Assembly: GCA_964487615.1 (NCBI GenBank)
Contig: CAZARM010000003.1
Location: 2,339-66,338 of the forward strand
Source of the DNA: an uncultured Candidatus Saccharibacteria bacterium
GTDB lineage: Bacteria; Patescibacteriota; Saccharimonadia; Saccharimonadales; CAZARM01
Direction: 5' to 3'
Length of the DNA: 64,000 nt
The notes below the pieces were generated by a model. It made no database searches and had not been told where the DNA came from. It saw only the letters and a list, made by a program, of their open reading frames with translations. Both the position numbers and the translations under genes were made by a program. Shown piece after piece: positions 53,551 through 63,446 of the stretch; positions within the stretch are counted from its first letter, which is position 1; each line of letters opens with the position of its first letter.

Positions 53551-54128
53551 GCGTGGAAAGCCCAGATAAAAAAGGCGATGTAGTTTTCCGTGGGCAATTC
53601 TTCGAGGTAGAACGCATTGCAGAGATGGACGGTAAGACGATCGAAATTGCCCGTCGTGCGCCCGGTGTTCGAGTGATTATCCCAAACAGAGAGGAACGAA
53701 AAATCTTACTTACCAGGGAGTTTCGGCGCGAGCTGGGCGGTTGGGATCACAGATTGCCTGGTGGGAAGGTTTTTGAATCACTAGAGGAGTACGAGTCGTT
53801 CCGTCAAGGCGGACAGGATATTTTAGGACCAGCATCGGCACAGGCTAAAGTTGAAGCTCAAGAGGAAGCTGGTATTGATATTGCAGAGGCTGAGCACGTT
53901 GCTACATCAGTTTGCGGAGCAAGTGTGCAATGGGATTTATATGTTTTTGAAGCTACTCAGTGGCAGCCTCATGCCGACGGTCAAAATCCAGAACAAGGTG
54001 AACAAATAGAAACAGACCACTGGTTTGAATATCAGGAAGTAGAGCACATGATCATGACGGGTGAAATGCATGAAGAGCGTGTGGCGCTTATATTGTTGCA
54101 GTGGTTAGCTAGACAAAACGGAGCATAA
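53547..54128 (+). CDS. NUDIX hydrolase
   Basis: LPGGKV ... AKVEAQEEAGI Nudix box with an insertion. Confidence 0.65.
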   Translation: MSVESPDKKGDVVFRGQFFEVERIAEMDGKTIEIARRAPGVRVIIPNREERKILLTREFRRELGGWDHRLPGGKVFESLEEYESFRQGGQDILGPASAQAKVEAQEEAGIDIAEAEHVATSVCGASVQWDLYVFEATQWQPHADGQNPEQGEQIETDHWFEYQEVEHMIMTGEMHEERVALILLQWLARQNGA

Positions 54129-54133
54129 ACTAA

Positions 54134-54679
54134 ATGGAAACGGTGGCGTTTATTTCTGGGTGTTTAGGCATAGCATTATCAACTTTCGGATTGGGCGGCT
54201 TCGCTATTAGGGAGCATCGTAAAGAGAAGCGCCGGACGGTGAGTGAGCTAGCGGCTAAAGACAAGAAGACACTTCTGGAATTTAGGATTATTTTGTGGAC
54301 GTGCGGAACACTGATAGCAGTTTGCATGTTCTACTTGGTTTTACCCAGTCTCCACGCTAACAACTTGCTAAGGCTATCCTACGCAGTTGTCTTTTGGTGC
54401 GAGCTGCTGCTGGCAGCAATCCCGGCGTATGAAAACAAACTAGGCAAACTGCATAACGTTCTGGCATTCGCCATGGCTGGCGGCATGTTAGCATTGGCAT
54501 TTTGTTTTATCTTTACGCTAAGTGGTAACTACGCTCTGATGGAAGTGGGGATATTCGGCTCCATGGTGATCTTGGGGATTCTAGCGCTCAGGTATTGGGA
54601 TCACTTCTTGTACTTTCAACTACCATTTATCTTTATGTCGCACATGAGTATCCTAATAGCAGCAATAGCTGTTAGATGA
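54134..54679 (+). CDS. hypothetical multi-pass membrane protein
   Basis: 181 aa, about 5 hydrophobic helices. Confidence 0.55.
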   Translation: METVAFISGCLGIALSTFGLGGFAIREHRKEKRRTVSELAAKDKKTLLEFRIILWTCGTLIAVCMFYLVLPSLHANNLLRLSYAVVFWCELLLAAIPAYENKLGKLHNVLAFAMAGGMLALAFCFIFTLSGNYALMEVGIFGSMVILGILALRYWDHFLYFQLPFIFMSHMSILIAAIAVR

Positions 54680-54689
54680 AGAGCGAGAT

Positions 54690-55250
54690 ATGAATTCACA
54701 GGAAATTTTTAAAAATTTTGGGTGGTCATCTGTGCTTATTGCCTGGATTGCCATAAGCGTACTTGTAGTTAAATGGCGTGGAAATGCCACTATGACGATA
54801 AGCCGCCATGCGGCCGCATATCGCCAAGCTTACCTCTTCATGGGTATTATTGAGATTATAGTACTGCCAATGTTCACTATTTTTTCAGTTAAGTGGGTTG
54901 CCAATGAGTTTGATCTACCATTTTTATTTTCATTAAGCATGGTAGTTTCCATGTCCGCGCTATTGGTCGCCGCCTGGATACCAGACGTATCTGGATGGAA
55001 GGGAACGGTACACCAAATTTGCGCCTATGGTTCTGCATTATTATTCTTGCCAATGTCACTTATGATTTATAGGTCACCAGAAATATCGACATTTGCTAAG
55101 TGGTTTTCCTTCGTTGTGTTAATTTACATGACTACCTGTTTAGTTGGTTTTTTCGTTACAAAGAAAGCTCGAAAATATAGCTTGTATCTCCAAAGCTTAT
55201 ACATACTGTTATTTGATCTCTCGATTCTTGCAGTAGTCTATATACGCTAG
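54690..55250 (+). CDS. hypothetical multi-pass membrane protein (similar size and topology to the preceding gene)
   Basis: 186 aa, about 5 hydrophobic helices. Confidence 0.55.
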   Translation: MNSQEIFKNFGWSSVLIAWIAISVLVVKWRGNATMTISRHAAAYRQAYLFMGIIEIIVLPMFTIFSVKWVANEFDLPFLFSLSMVVSMSALLVAAWIPDVSGWKGTVHQICAYGSALLFLPMSLMIYRSPEISTFAKWFSFVVLIYMTTCLVGFFVTKKARKYSLYLQSLYILLFDLSILAVVYIR

Positions 55251-55293
55251 CTTGGCAAGTCACACTAGACGTTTCCTGATATGATTGATGTAA

Positions 55294-56016
55294 ATGGGAT
55301 TATTGGAAGAAGCAGTTGATGTAGGTCAGTACAACTCCAGCGACATGGACTGGGCTAGTGAGGGTGGGTCGGACACACCCCAGCGTACACACATGAGCCG
55401 AGTTATTGGGCTTAGGCCCGAGGAAGTAGCGGGCAAGTCTGTTTTGGATGTTGGATGTGGCTTGGGATGGTTTCTGCGGGAGTGTGTGGCAAAAGGAGCT
55501 GAACAGGTTGTTGGGCTTGAGCCGGCAGACTATGCACGCGTTACCGAAGGATTAGTACCCGGTGCTGAAATACTCAAACGGCCTTTTGAAGACTTCGATG
55601 CCAAAGATGACAGTTTTGATCTGGTCAGTTTCATAATGTCTACCGAACACATTGCCGACATGCCGAAGGCGCTAGAAAAGGCAACTCGACTACTGCGAGT
55701 GACAGGAAAGCTAATTATTTTGACCGGTGATTTTGACGCGTTTCAAGCAGAGCGACTTAATTACCGGCTGGAAACGGAAGTTACCATTTCGGACAGGGAA
55801 GCTGTTGTACGCGTAGAGCGACCCTTTGGAACATTAACCGACATAGTGCGCAGTGTTGACTATTGGAGTGAGTTGATTGAAACAGCTGGTTTGAGGGTTA
55901 CCGAACACGCACCTGTCACTGCTGATCCCCAGTACATTTCAGAGATTCCAAAATACGAGATCTATGCAGATACTCCATTCTTGCAATTATTCCGAGCGGA
56001 GAAAACTAGCCGATGA
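55294..56016 (+). CDS. class I SAM-dependent methyltransferase
   Basis: Motif I SVLDVGCGLGWF and an acidic loop VVGLEP. Confidence 0.75.
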   Translation: MGLLEEAVDVGQYNSSDMDWASEGGSDTPQRTHMSRVIGLRPEEVAGKSVLDVGCGLGWFLRECVAKGAEQVVGLEPADYARVTEGLVPGAEILKRPFEDFDAKDDSFDLVSFIMSTEHIADMPKALEKATRLLRVTGKLIILTGDFDAFQAERLNYRLETEVTISDREAVVRVERPFGTLTDIVRSVDYWSELIETAGLRVTEHAPVTADPQYISEIPKYEIYADTPFLQLFRAEKTSR

Positions 56017-56402
56017 GGACATTTAAGCTGAACAAGCTAGTCAGGGATAAAATTGTTGATTACCATTTGAAATTTGGTGAAGTGGATTATCGGGTACTGA
56101 AAGGGCGGGAGTATTTAGAGAGCCTCAAGACCAAAATTCTGGAAGAAGCTCAGGAGATGGATGTGGCCGATGCAGAGCATTTATTCAAAGAGTTGGCCGA
56201 CCTCCAGGAGGTCATTGATTGCATCCTAACTGAAATTGGTAAAACCAAAAGAGACTTAGAAGTTGCCCAAGCCAAAAAGAATCAAAAAAGCGGCTCGTTC
56301 AAGAAAAAGCATTTTATAAACACTGTGACTTTGCCCAGTGATAACGAATGGGCGCAGTATTATGCAAAAGACCCAGGAAGATTCCCGGAGATTAAGTCAT
56401 GA
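56013..56402 (+). CDS. MazG-like / phosphoribosyl-ATP pyrophosphohydrolase-like NTP pyrophosphatase
   Basis: KLVRDKIVDY ... ILEEAQEM ... ELADLQEVIDCI all-alpha NTP-PPase pattern. Confidence 0.6.
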   Translation: MRTFKLNKLVRDKIVDYHLKFGEVDYRVLKGREYLESLKTKILEEAQEMDVADAEHLFKELADLQEVIDCILTEIGKTKRDLEVAQAKKNQKSGSFKKKHFINTVTLPSDNEWAQYYAKDPGRFPEIKS

Positions 56403-58549
56403 AGTTAGTTGTAGATCTGACAGACGCTAAAGAGGTAGATAAATATGGTGGCAAAGCAGCAAACTTAGCACATATGCTGGAGGCATATTTGCCAGTTCCT
56501 GACGGCTTTGTGATAACCACAGAAGCTTACAGACAATTCAATCCAAAGGTATCCGAAAACCTAAAAGCTGAAATCTTGGAAGCCTTTGAAAAGCTTGGCG
56601 CTCAGCGTGTAGCAGTTCGGTCCTCGGCAGTAGCCGAAGACGCCGCCAATGCTTCATGGGCAGGACAGCTTGAAACCGTTCTGAACGTGACTCTTGATGG
56701 GTTGATTGAGGCCGTAGAGTATTGTTGGAAATCCATGCAATCGGAACGCGCCCAAAGCTACGCTACTGACCATGGGGTCAATAAAGACCAACAAGCCGTA
56801 GCGGTAGTAGTGCAGACAATGGTTGATAGCGAAAAGTCCGGCGTAATGTTTACGGCCAATCCCGTCACCAGCGACCGAGATGAAATGGTCATAGAAGCCA
56901 TCTACGGACTCGGCGAACTACTGGTTCAGGGTACAGAATCGCCAGAAAGCCTAACCATTACTAAGCGAACAGGCAAAGTTATGAGTCGTGATACACATCA
57001 GCAGAAAAAAGAATTAGTTTATAGGTACGGCAAGAGTCAAACAATTGAGCTGGCGGCCGAGAAAAAAGAGCAAACAATATTGAGCACCGAAGAGCTAAAG
57101 TGGCTAGTTGGGCTGGCAAGTGCTCTGGAATCATATTACGGCCAACCCCAAGACGTTGAATGGGCAATCCAAGACGACGTTGTGTGGTTAGTTCAAACGC
57201 GGCCAATAACAACGCTACAGGATCGAGGCACAGGCAAGCATTACCTGGGTGACCCGGGTAAGTTGTTTTATTGGGGACCATCGCGAGCAGTGCCGCTTTA
57301 CATGGGAGATTTCATTGTGGCCGAAGAGCAGAATTTTGCCCGGATGTTTGAGGATCCAACATTCCCAAACCCGCCTAAAACTTTGGTACTTTTCCATGGC
57401 CGCCAGATGGTTTGGCTAAATAAGGCGCTTGAGTTCGAAGAATTTGTCACCGCAACTTTTAAGGCATATGAGAAGAACCACACGCTAGTCGCTGACCAAA
57501 AAGATTGGCAGAATGCAATAGGTAGGCTAGACGAATATTTTAAAAATACGAACAAACCCGACCTTGATAAAGTAAACGAACTACTCATTGCGGCCTGGAC
57601 GCCAACCCTGATTGCAGAATTTGCCTTGTATGGGGCAGAAACAGTACTTCATGAACGTCTTAAGAGGTTTGATGAAAAAGCACGGCAGGAAATCTGGGGT
57701 GGTATGACGTTGCCCGACGAGCCTACGTACACTCAGAGACTTGATATGGAGCTAGTTGAGTCAAAAGACATCAACAAGATGACCCAAGCGTACCCTTGGG
57801 TTGAAGACGGCTATTGGGGTGCTTTTGATAGTGCGCAAGAGTATTTTCGTAAACGTTTAGAAATAGTTCAGGATAATGTGGCGCTCCAGGCTGGTTCTTC
57901 TAAAAAGCGCGAGGAAATCAGTCGTCGGCACAAACTTAATGCCACTGAATTGAGTGCGCTGGAGTTGGCTCGTGAGCTGAGCGTATTTATAGACAAGCGA
58001 AAAGAGTGGATGATACGAACCAGGCGCTACATACAACAAACGGCTAAAGTCGCGAACGATAGGTTTAAACTGTCGGCCGAAAACCTAGCCAGAACTACAC
58101 TCTGGCGCCTAGCCGAAGGTAAAAGTGATGCATTTTCCGGTTGGTCTTTCATGAACGGTACGAATTATTTGTTAAGTGATCAAGATGCTGCACTGGCTTG
58201 GGACTGGTATGTTGAATTCCGAGCCTCAAAGACTGTACTCAAAGGTTTGGTAGCTAGTTCGGCCGGACGGCACTTCATTAACGGGGACGTGTTTATTATA
58301 CGTTCTCCTCAAGACGCCGTCCCGGATGACGCAGTACTTGTGGTTACATCCACGAGTCCTAGTTATGTGCCGTTGATGCGAAAGGCTCGAGCGGTCATCA
58401 CCGATCATGGTGGCATGATGTCGCACGCCGCTATAGTGGCTCGCGAGCTAGGACTGCCGTGCGTGGTTGGTACGAAGACGGCGACCAAAATATTGAAAAC
58501 CGGTGACAAGATTGTCATAGATTTAGTAACCGGCGAGATAAACCGTTGA
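56399..58549 (+). CDS. PEP-utilising enzyme family phosphotransferase (N-terminal PPDK-type ATP-grasp, C-terminal mobile phosphohistidine domain)
   Basis: N-terminus is KYGGKAANLAHMLEAYLPVPDGFVIT and VAVRSSAVAEDAANASWAGQ. C-terminus is AVITDHGGMMSHAAIVARELGLPCVVG. The domain order is as in rifampin-phosphotransferase-like proteins. Confidence 0.75.
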   Translation: MKLVVDLTDAKEVDKYGGKAANLAHMLEAYLPVPDGFVITTEAYRQFNPKVSENLKAEILEAFEKLGAQRVAVRSSAVAEDAANASWAGQLETVLNVTLDGLIEAVEYCWKSMQSERAQSYATDHGVNKDQQAVAVVVQTMVDSEKSGVMFTANPVTSDRDEMVIEAIYGLGELLVQGTESPESLTITKRTGKVMSRDTHQQKKELVYRYGKSQTIELAAEKKEQTILSTEELKWLVGLASALESYYGQPQDVEWAIQDDVVWLVQTRPITTLQDRGTGKHYLGDPGKLFYWGPSRAVPLYMGDFIVAEEQNFARMFEDPTFPNPPKTLVLFHGRQMVWLNKALEFEEFVTATFKAYEKNHTLVADQKDWQNAIGRLDEYFKNTNKPDLDKVNELLIAAWTPTLIAEFALYGAETVLHERLKRFDEKARQEIWGGMTLPDEPTYTQRLDMELVESKDINKMTQAYPWVEDGYWGAFDSAQEYFRKRLEIVQDNVALQAGSSKKREEISRRHKLNATELSALELARELSVFIDKRKEWMIRTRRYIQQTAKVANDRFKLSAENLARTTLWRLAEGKSDAFSGWSFMNGTNYLLSDQDAALAWDWYVEFRASKTVLKGLVASSAGRHFINGDVFIIRSPQDAVPDDAVLVVTSTSPSYVPLMRKARAVITDHGGMMSHAAIVARELGLPCVVGTKTATKILKTGDKIVIDLVTGEINR

Positions 58550-58562
58550 TAAGCAAGGAGGC

Positions 58563-59681
58563 ATGGAGATAATGGCGGATGATAAGGTAGCGAAGCTGTA
58601 TGAGACTCAAGTTTCTCTGACTGAGTGGATCCAGCGAATTAACCACGATGAAGCCGTGGCTTTGGGTGAGGAAGACAACTACAAACGTGACCGTATAGGA
58701 CAGGTTAATGCCATTATTGGTCTGCCGTATGATAAACCCACGCAGTTTGAAGCCACCGACATTGTCAACCAAACACCGGATTTCAAGAAATTTCTAAAAG
58801 AACATGGTGATGAGTTGTGCGCCCTACGCTTGATACCTAAAGCCGGTAATCCTGGTTTGCCTAAACTGCGTATGCGTGGCAAATCTATACGAGACGTTGC
58901 AGCAACTTGGTTTCTGGAGCAGAGTATAGACCCTAAGAGGTATGTAGCCGATTTTGTGCCGCACAGTGAAGCATCCTCCTGGGCGACAATTTTTGTGGTG
59001 AATGACAAGGGCATTTTTGGTGAGATTTACTTTGGCGGACACCATGTTTTAACCCAGGGCATGCACACAGATAAAGCCCCGCACGTGTTTAACTTTGATT
59101 TTTCAACATGGCAGATTGATCCAACTAATGACGAGGCACTGGCTTACTTGAAAGAAATGGTAGAGATGCTGAAAGTTGGTAATGAGACAAAAAGAACAGA
59201 GCTGGGTAAGGCCGTTAATGCAACTTTTGCTAATAACTACCTAAAAGGCTACTTCGAAACCACCCACTCAAAAGATTCCGGAACATGGTTTATCGACTAC
59301 AACCGAATTTTGGGTGATCAATACTCTGATTTCGATATTGGGCAGGTATCCAGTGATGGCAATGCCAGCGTTACGGGTCGCAAAGCATCCGGTGGTCGAG
59401 CAGAAGGCAAAGTGGTGATCGCAAACTCCGACACACTATTAGATGAATTTCCAAGTGGTGGAATACTGGTTTGCGAAATGACCTCACCAGATTATCTGCC
59501 GTTAATGCAAAAGGCTGCGGCCATAATAACCGATAAGGGCGGGGTGCTATGCCACGCAGCCATTGTGGCGCGCGAGCTGGGTAAACCGTGCATCGTCGGT
59601 ACCGGTAACGCTACCAAAGTACTCAAATCTGATCAGACAGTCTTAGTAAATGCAGATACTGGCACAGTAACTCTGATTTAG
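58563..59681 (+). CDS. protein with C-terminal PEP-utilising mobile (phosphohistidine) domain and unrecognised N-terminal domain
   Basis: C-terminus is AIITDKGGVLCHAAIVARELGKPCIVG. The roughly 260 aa at the N-terminus are unassigned. Confidence 0.65.
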   Translation: MEIMADDKVAKLYETQVSLTEWIQRINHDEAVALGEEDNYKRDRIGQVNAIIGLPYDKPTQFEATDIVNQTPDFKKFLKEHGDELCALRLIPKAGNPGLPKLRMRGKSIRDVAATWFLEQSIDPKRYVADFVPHSEASSWATIFVVNDKGIFGEIYFGGHHVLTQGMHTDKAPHVFNFDFSTWQIDPTNDEALAYLKEMVEMLKVGNETKRTELGKAVNATFANNYLKGYFETTHSKDSGTWFIDYNRILGDQYSDFDIGQVSSDGNASVTGRKASGGRAEGKVVIANSDTLLDEFPSGGILVCEMTSPDYLPLMQKAAAIITDKGGVLCHAAIVARELGKPCIVGTGNATKVLKSDQTVLVNADTGTVTLI

Positions 59682-59686
59682 AGAAG

Positions 59687-59715
59687 TTGACAAATGGGCG
59701 TAATATTGCGATAAT
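59687..59715 (+). promoter_or_regulatory. sigma70-type promoter abutting the start codon (possible leaderless mRNA)
   Basis: TTGACA (59687-59692), 17-nt spacer, GATAAT (59710-59715), immediately followed by ATGATCGTG. Confidence 0.45.
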
Positions 59716-60285
59716 ATGATCGTGAAATATATATTGGGAACTTTGGGAATTATTGTGCTACTGATTGTGGCCGTAGTTTTAATTGCCGGTGGTGACAACG
59801 GAAGCTCTAGTCCTCAGGGCAAGACACAAGTTGTACTTACCGACTACATCGACAAAGACAGCTCAGTATCATGGACGCAACAGGGTGAAATTACTGGCGA
59901 TGATGTGTTCAAGGCTGTCCGCATAACTGTTAGCCGCAGCGAACGCCGTAGTGAAATCCTGGGGGGCTACGATGAAGCCGTGGAACGCACCCAGACTGTC
60001 GCTAACACCCAATCGGCTTACGACAACTTTATTCGGGCAATCAACAACTCGGGCTTTACGCTTGAGCGGGCCAGCTCGCAAAAAGATTCCCGCGGTGTTT
60101 GCCCATTAGGCCGGCGCTTTATTTATACACTGCATGACAGCGGAACCGACAAGCTTTATCTGTGGTCTACAGACTGTGGTGGCAAAGACAAGGGCACCTT
60201 TGGCGGCAACGCCAGCCTAGTAGGCACTTTATTCAAAAAGCAAATTTCCAACTACCCCGAGTTTATCGAAGGCACAGACCTATAA
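59716..60285 (+). CDS. hypothetical N-terminally anchored secreted protein
   Basis: 189 aa with helix ILGTLGIIVLLIVAVVLIAGG. The true start may be GTG 59722 if the mRNA is leaderless. Confidence 0.55.
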   Translation: MIVKYILGTLGIIVLLIVAVVLIAGGDNGSSSPQGKTQVVLTDYIDKDSSVSWTQQGEITGDDVFKAVRITVSRSERRSEILGGYDEAVERTQTVANTQSAYDNFIRAINNSGFTLERASSQKDSRGVCPLGRRFIYTLHDSGTDKLYLWSTDCGGKDKGTFGGNASLVGTLFKKQISNYPEFIEGTDL

Positions 60286-60366
60286 ACACGGTTCATCCCT
60301 CAGACCAGCGATTCAGAAAATGAGGCAGGGCAATTCATAAACGATAGGCTGCTAGACTAGTAGGTA

Positions 60367-60948
60367 ATGAGTATCAAGGCAATTATATTTGACTGTTTTG
60401 GGGTGCTGGCGGGCAAGAGCTACAAGGCCATATATCAAGAAGCCGGCGGTGACTTAGAAAAGGACTCCGAATTTATTAATGACGTGCTGAGTGCAGCCAA
60501 CCAAGGGCTAATGTCTAGCCGTGATATGCACCAACATGTAGCTGATCGCCTGGGCCTGAGCTACGATGTCTGGTACCAAACAGTTCAAGATGGAGAACAG
60601 CCTAATGAGGAACTTCTACAGTACGTCAGGCAACTGAAGAGTAACTACAAGATCGGGGTTCTTAGTAATGCCAATGTCGGTACATTGGACCGCAAGTTTA
60701 GTCGGGAACAAATGAAGCTGTTTGACACCGTTATGGTGTCTGCAGAAGTTGGTATGATAAAACCGAACGCCGAAATATATCAGCTCACGGCTGAGAGGCT
60801 AGGGGTCAGACCGGCTGAAGTGGTCTTTACGGATGACAGTGAAGTGTATTGTGAGGCTGCAAAGGCAACCGGTATGCAGGCTATACACTACAAAAATCTC
60901 CTGCAGTTCAAGCACGATTTAGAAGCAATCTTGTCCCAAACTAGTTAA
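60367..60948 (+). CDS. HAD-superfamily hydrolase
   Basis: Motif I IIFDCFGVL, motif II VLSNAN, motif IV VFTDDS. Confidence 0.8.
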   Translation: MSIKAIIFDCFGVLAGKSYKAIYQEAGGDLEKDSEFINDVLSAANQGLMSSRDMHQHVADRLGLSYDVWYQTVQDGEQPNEELLQYVRQLKSNYKIGVLSNANVGTLDRKFSREQMKLFDTVMVSAEVGMIKPNAEIYQLTAERLGVRPAEVVFTDDSEVYCEAAKATGMQAIHYKNLLQFKHDLEAILSQTS

Positions 60949-61070
60949 ATTTATACCTCGCGTGACGTTAATCAACAATTCTTTGTGATTTATTTCACCA
61001 AGTGTTGACACACCTAACCATCGGCGTTACGGTGTATGTAACAATTAAAAACAAAGAAAGGAAAACAATA

Positions 61071-61379
61071 ATGGCATGGATTGAATTAGATGCGCTCGAC
61101 CCTGAAACATCAGGGCATCGCATAGTTGCGCATGGTTCTGACGCGGAAGAGTTCCAAAGTCGCATTGATACTCCTCCAAGTCCTGCCGAAGAGAGAGATG
61201 AACTAACCAAACGTCTTAGGGCTAGGATTCCCAGTGACCAGGTTATTCTAGGCTCAAGTGAGTTTAAAGAACTTGTTGGAACGGCAACGCCAGAGCAACT
61301 AGATTCTATGCGATCTCGTTTAGAAGAATTGGACGTCCTGGTCCAAGATGACATGGCTTATCTAGCCATCGCTAGCTGA
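61071..61379 (+). CDS. hypothetical acidic protein
   Basis: MAWIELDALDPETSG... with AAAGGAA SD. Preferred over the Ser-rich antisense ORF 60995..61354. Confidence 0.5.
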   Translation: MAWIELDALDPETSGHRIVAHGSDAEEFQSRIDTPPSPAEERDELTKRLRARIPSDQVILGSSEFKELVGTATPEQLDSMRSRLEELDVLVQDDMAYLAIAS

Positions 61380-61611
61380 TCCTTATAACTAAGCGCTTCT
61401 CTGTCTTACACAGTTCTTTTAAAGCATGCAAATGCATGCGAAGTGTGCCAGCCAGAGCAGCGCCCTGAACAGTGATAATAATCTGACGGTCTTTAATAGC
61501 TACGCTAGATTCGGAACGGAAGTTCTCTCTGATAAAGTTCTTGATAATCGACACTTCCGGTGGCTCATCGTAGGATCGTTTACCCAATAAGTCTGCAATA
61601 CTGTCAGTCAT
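61372..61611 (-). CDS. DUF721-like small protein
   Basis: Start at Met52 of the track ORF (MTDSIADLLGK...). IIITVQGAALAGTLRMHLHALKELCKTEKRLVIRI resembles the DUF721 pattern. The longer ORF would overlap mutM. Confidence 0.4.
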   Translation of the reverse strand: MTDSIADLLGKRSYDEPPEVSIIKNFIRENFRSESSVAIKDRQIIITVQGAALAGTLRMHLHALKELCKTEKRLVIRIS

Positions 61612-61639
61612 CTCACTATTATAACGATATAATGTAGCA

Positions 61640-62515
61640 ATGCCGGAGTTACCTGAGGTGGAAACAGTTAAGCGAGGCCTTGCCGAGTTTCTGCCCGGCA
61701 AGGTTGTTAAATCTGTGGTTTTTGACTGGCACAAAGGCTTCCCCAATTCCGAAGCTGACGTCAAAAATTACTTAATAGATTCTAAAATTTTAGATGTTAA
61801 GCGTAGGGCAAAAGTCTTGCTAATTGAGCTCAGTAGCAAATACTCGTTGGTCATCCATCTGAAGATGACCGGCCAATTGGTTTACGTGACCCAAGACGTG
61901 CGGTTTGGTGCTGGGCATCCCAGTGACTCGTTGATCCATAAACTGCCAGACAAATCGACACGCGTGAATTTTGAATTTACTGATAGCAGCCATCTGTTCT
62001 TTAATGATCAGCGCAAGTTTGGCTGGGTTAGGTTATTGCCGACAGTCGAGGTGCCCAACATTGATTTCATGAAGAAGCTTGGTCCGGAACCATTAGCGAC
62101 TGATTTTACGGCCAAGCAGTTCCGGGAGCGTTTATTGCGGCGCAAAAACAGCAACATCAAATCCGTGTTATTAGATCAAGCAGTCATAGCCGGAATTGGT
62201 AACATTTATGCCGATGAAGGGTTGTGGGGAGCCAAAATTCACCCGTCCATGCTAGTCAAAAACATCTCTCAGGCCAAGCTGAACACATTATTTAAAGCTT
62301 TGCGGGATATACTGGAACTATCGATCAAAAAAGGCGGTTCGTCTGACAGAAACTACGTCAATGCTGAAGGCAAAAAGGGTAGTTACCTAAGCTTTGCCAA
62401 TGTCTTTAGGCGGCAGGGCAAACCATGCCCACGCTGCGGCACAACAATTCATAAAATAAGAGTAGCCGGTCGCGGCACACACATTTGCCCGAAATGCCAG
62501 AGATCACCGAAATGA
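61640..62515 (+). CDS. mutM: formamidopyrimidine-DNA glycosylase
   Basis: MPELPEVETV N-terminus, H2TH region, and C-terminal zinc finger CPRCGTTIHKIRVAGRGTHICPKCQ. Confidence 0.92.
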   Translation: MPELPEVETVKRGLAEFLPGKVVKSVVFDWHKGFPNSEADVKNYLIDSKILDVKRRAKVLLIELSSKYSLVIHLKMTGQLVYVTQDVRFGAGHPSDSLIHKLPDKSTRVNFEFTDSSHLFFNDQRKFGWVRLLPTVEVPNIDFMKKLGPEPLATDFTAKQFRERLLRRKNSNIKSVLLDQAVIAGIGNIYADEGLWGAKIHPSMLVKNISQAKLNTLFKALRDILELSIKKGGSSDRNYVNAEGKKGSYLSFANVFRRQGKPCPRCGTTIHKIRVAGRGTHICPKCQRSPK

Positions 62516-63432
62516 TTTACACACTGACTGGTACAAATTCGTTTTTGTTGAAGGCCGAACTAAACCGTAGAGTTAATGGATTTGTGAATGAACATACCGA
62601 TATGGGATTGGAAAAAGTGGATGGCGAGGAAGCTGAGTATAGCCGGATGGTTGAAGCCGTGCAGAATCTGCCGTTTCTAGCTAGCCATAAATTGGTGGTA
62701 CTGCGCAGCCCGAGCGCTAACAAAGAGTTCATGGAAAAGTTTGAAGAGTTGATCAAGACTGTTCCAGAAACCAACGACGTAGTGCTTTACGAGCCAAAGC
62801 TAGATAAGCGCACGGCCTATGCCAAGCTATTACAAAAGCAAACGGAGTTTCAGAGTTTTGAGGCTTTAGGTGAACGCGAGCTACCAGCCTGGTTGGTGGC
62901 AGAAGCCAAGGATAGGGGAGGGACGCTGTCCATTAGTGATGCTAATTATTTAATAGTTCGAGTGGGAGCCAACCAGCAGCTACTGACGAATGAACTGGAC
63001 AAGCTGCTAATCTACGAACCCAACATAACACGGGCAAGCATTGACCTCATGACAGAGCTAACTCCGCAGAGTACCATCTTTCAACTACTTGAAGCAGCTT
63101 TTGGAGGCAACTTGAAACGAACGCTGGAAATTTATAACGATCAACGAGCCCAGAAAGTTGAACCGCAAGCCATAATTCCGATGTTGGCTTGGCAGTTGCA
63201 GATCCTGGCGATTATCAAAACTGCTGGCAAAAAATCAATAGATGATATTGCAGCTGAATCTAAAATAAATCCGTTTGTACTGAGAAAGAGTAGTGTTATC
63301 GCCAATAAACTGACTTTCCCGCGACTAAAGGAATTGATCCATCAACTACGACAACTCGATGTGCGCCTAAAATCAACTAGCGTCGATGCCGACGAAGCTC
63401 TGAAGTTCTACCTGATCTCTCTAAGTCGGTAG
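62512..63432 (+). CDS. holA: DNA polymerase III delta subunit
   Basis: MIYTLTGTNSFLL...LPFLASHKLVVLRSP pattern. About 306 aa. The ATGA start overlaps the mutM stop. Confidence 0.7.
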   Translation: MIYTLTGTNSFLLKAELNRRVNGFVNEHTDMGLEKVDGEEAEYSRMVEAVQNLPFLASHKLVVLRSPSANKEFMEKFEELIKTVPETNDVVLYEPKLDKRTAYAKLLQKQTEFQSFEALGERELPAWLVAEAKDRGGTLSISDANYLIVRVGANQQLLTNELDKLLIYEPNITRASIDLMTELTPQSTIFQLLEAAFGGNLKRTLEIYNDQRAQKVEPQAIIPMLAWQLQILAIIKTAGKKSIDDIAAESKINPFVLRKSSVIANKLTFPRLKELIHQLRQLDVRLKSTSVDADEALKFYLISLSR

Positions 63433-63446
63433 AGGGTAGGAAGGGT

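Noticed and set aside
60995-61354. 119-aa minus-strand ORF overlapping the 61071..61379 + ORF.
   Set aside because: It is Ser-rich and low-complexity, typical of the antisense of an acidic protein. The + strand ORF has an AAAGGAA SD and a more protein-like composition. Neither is certain.
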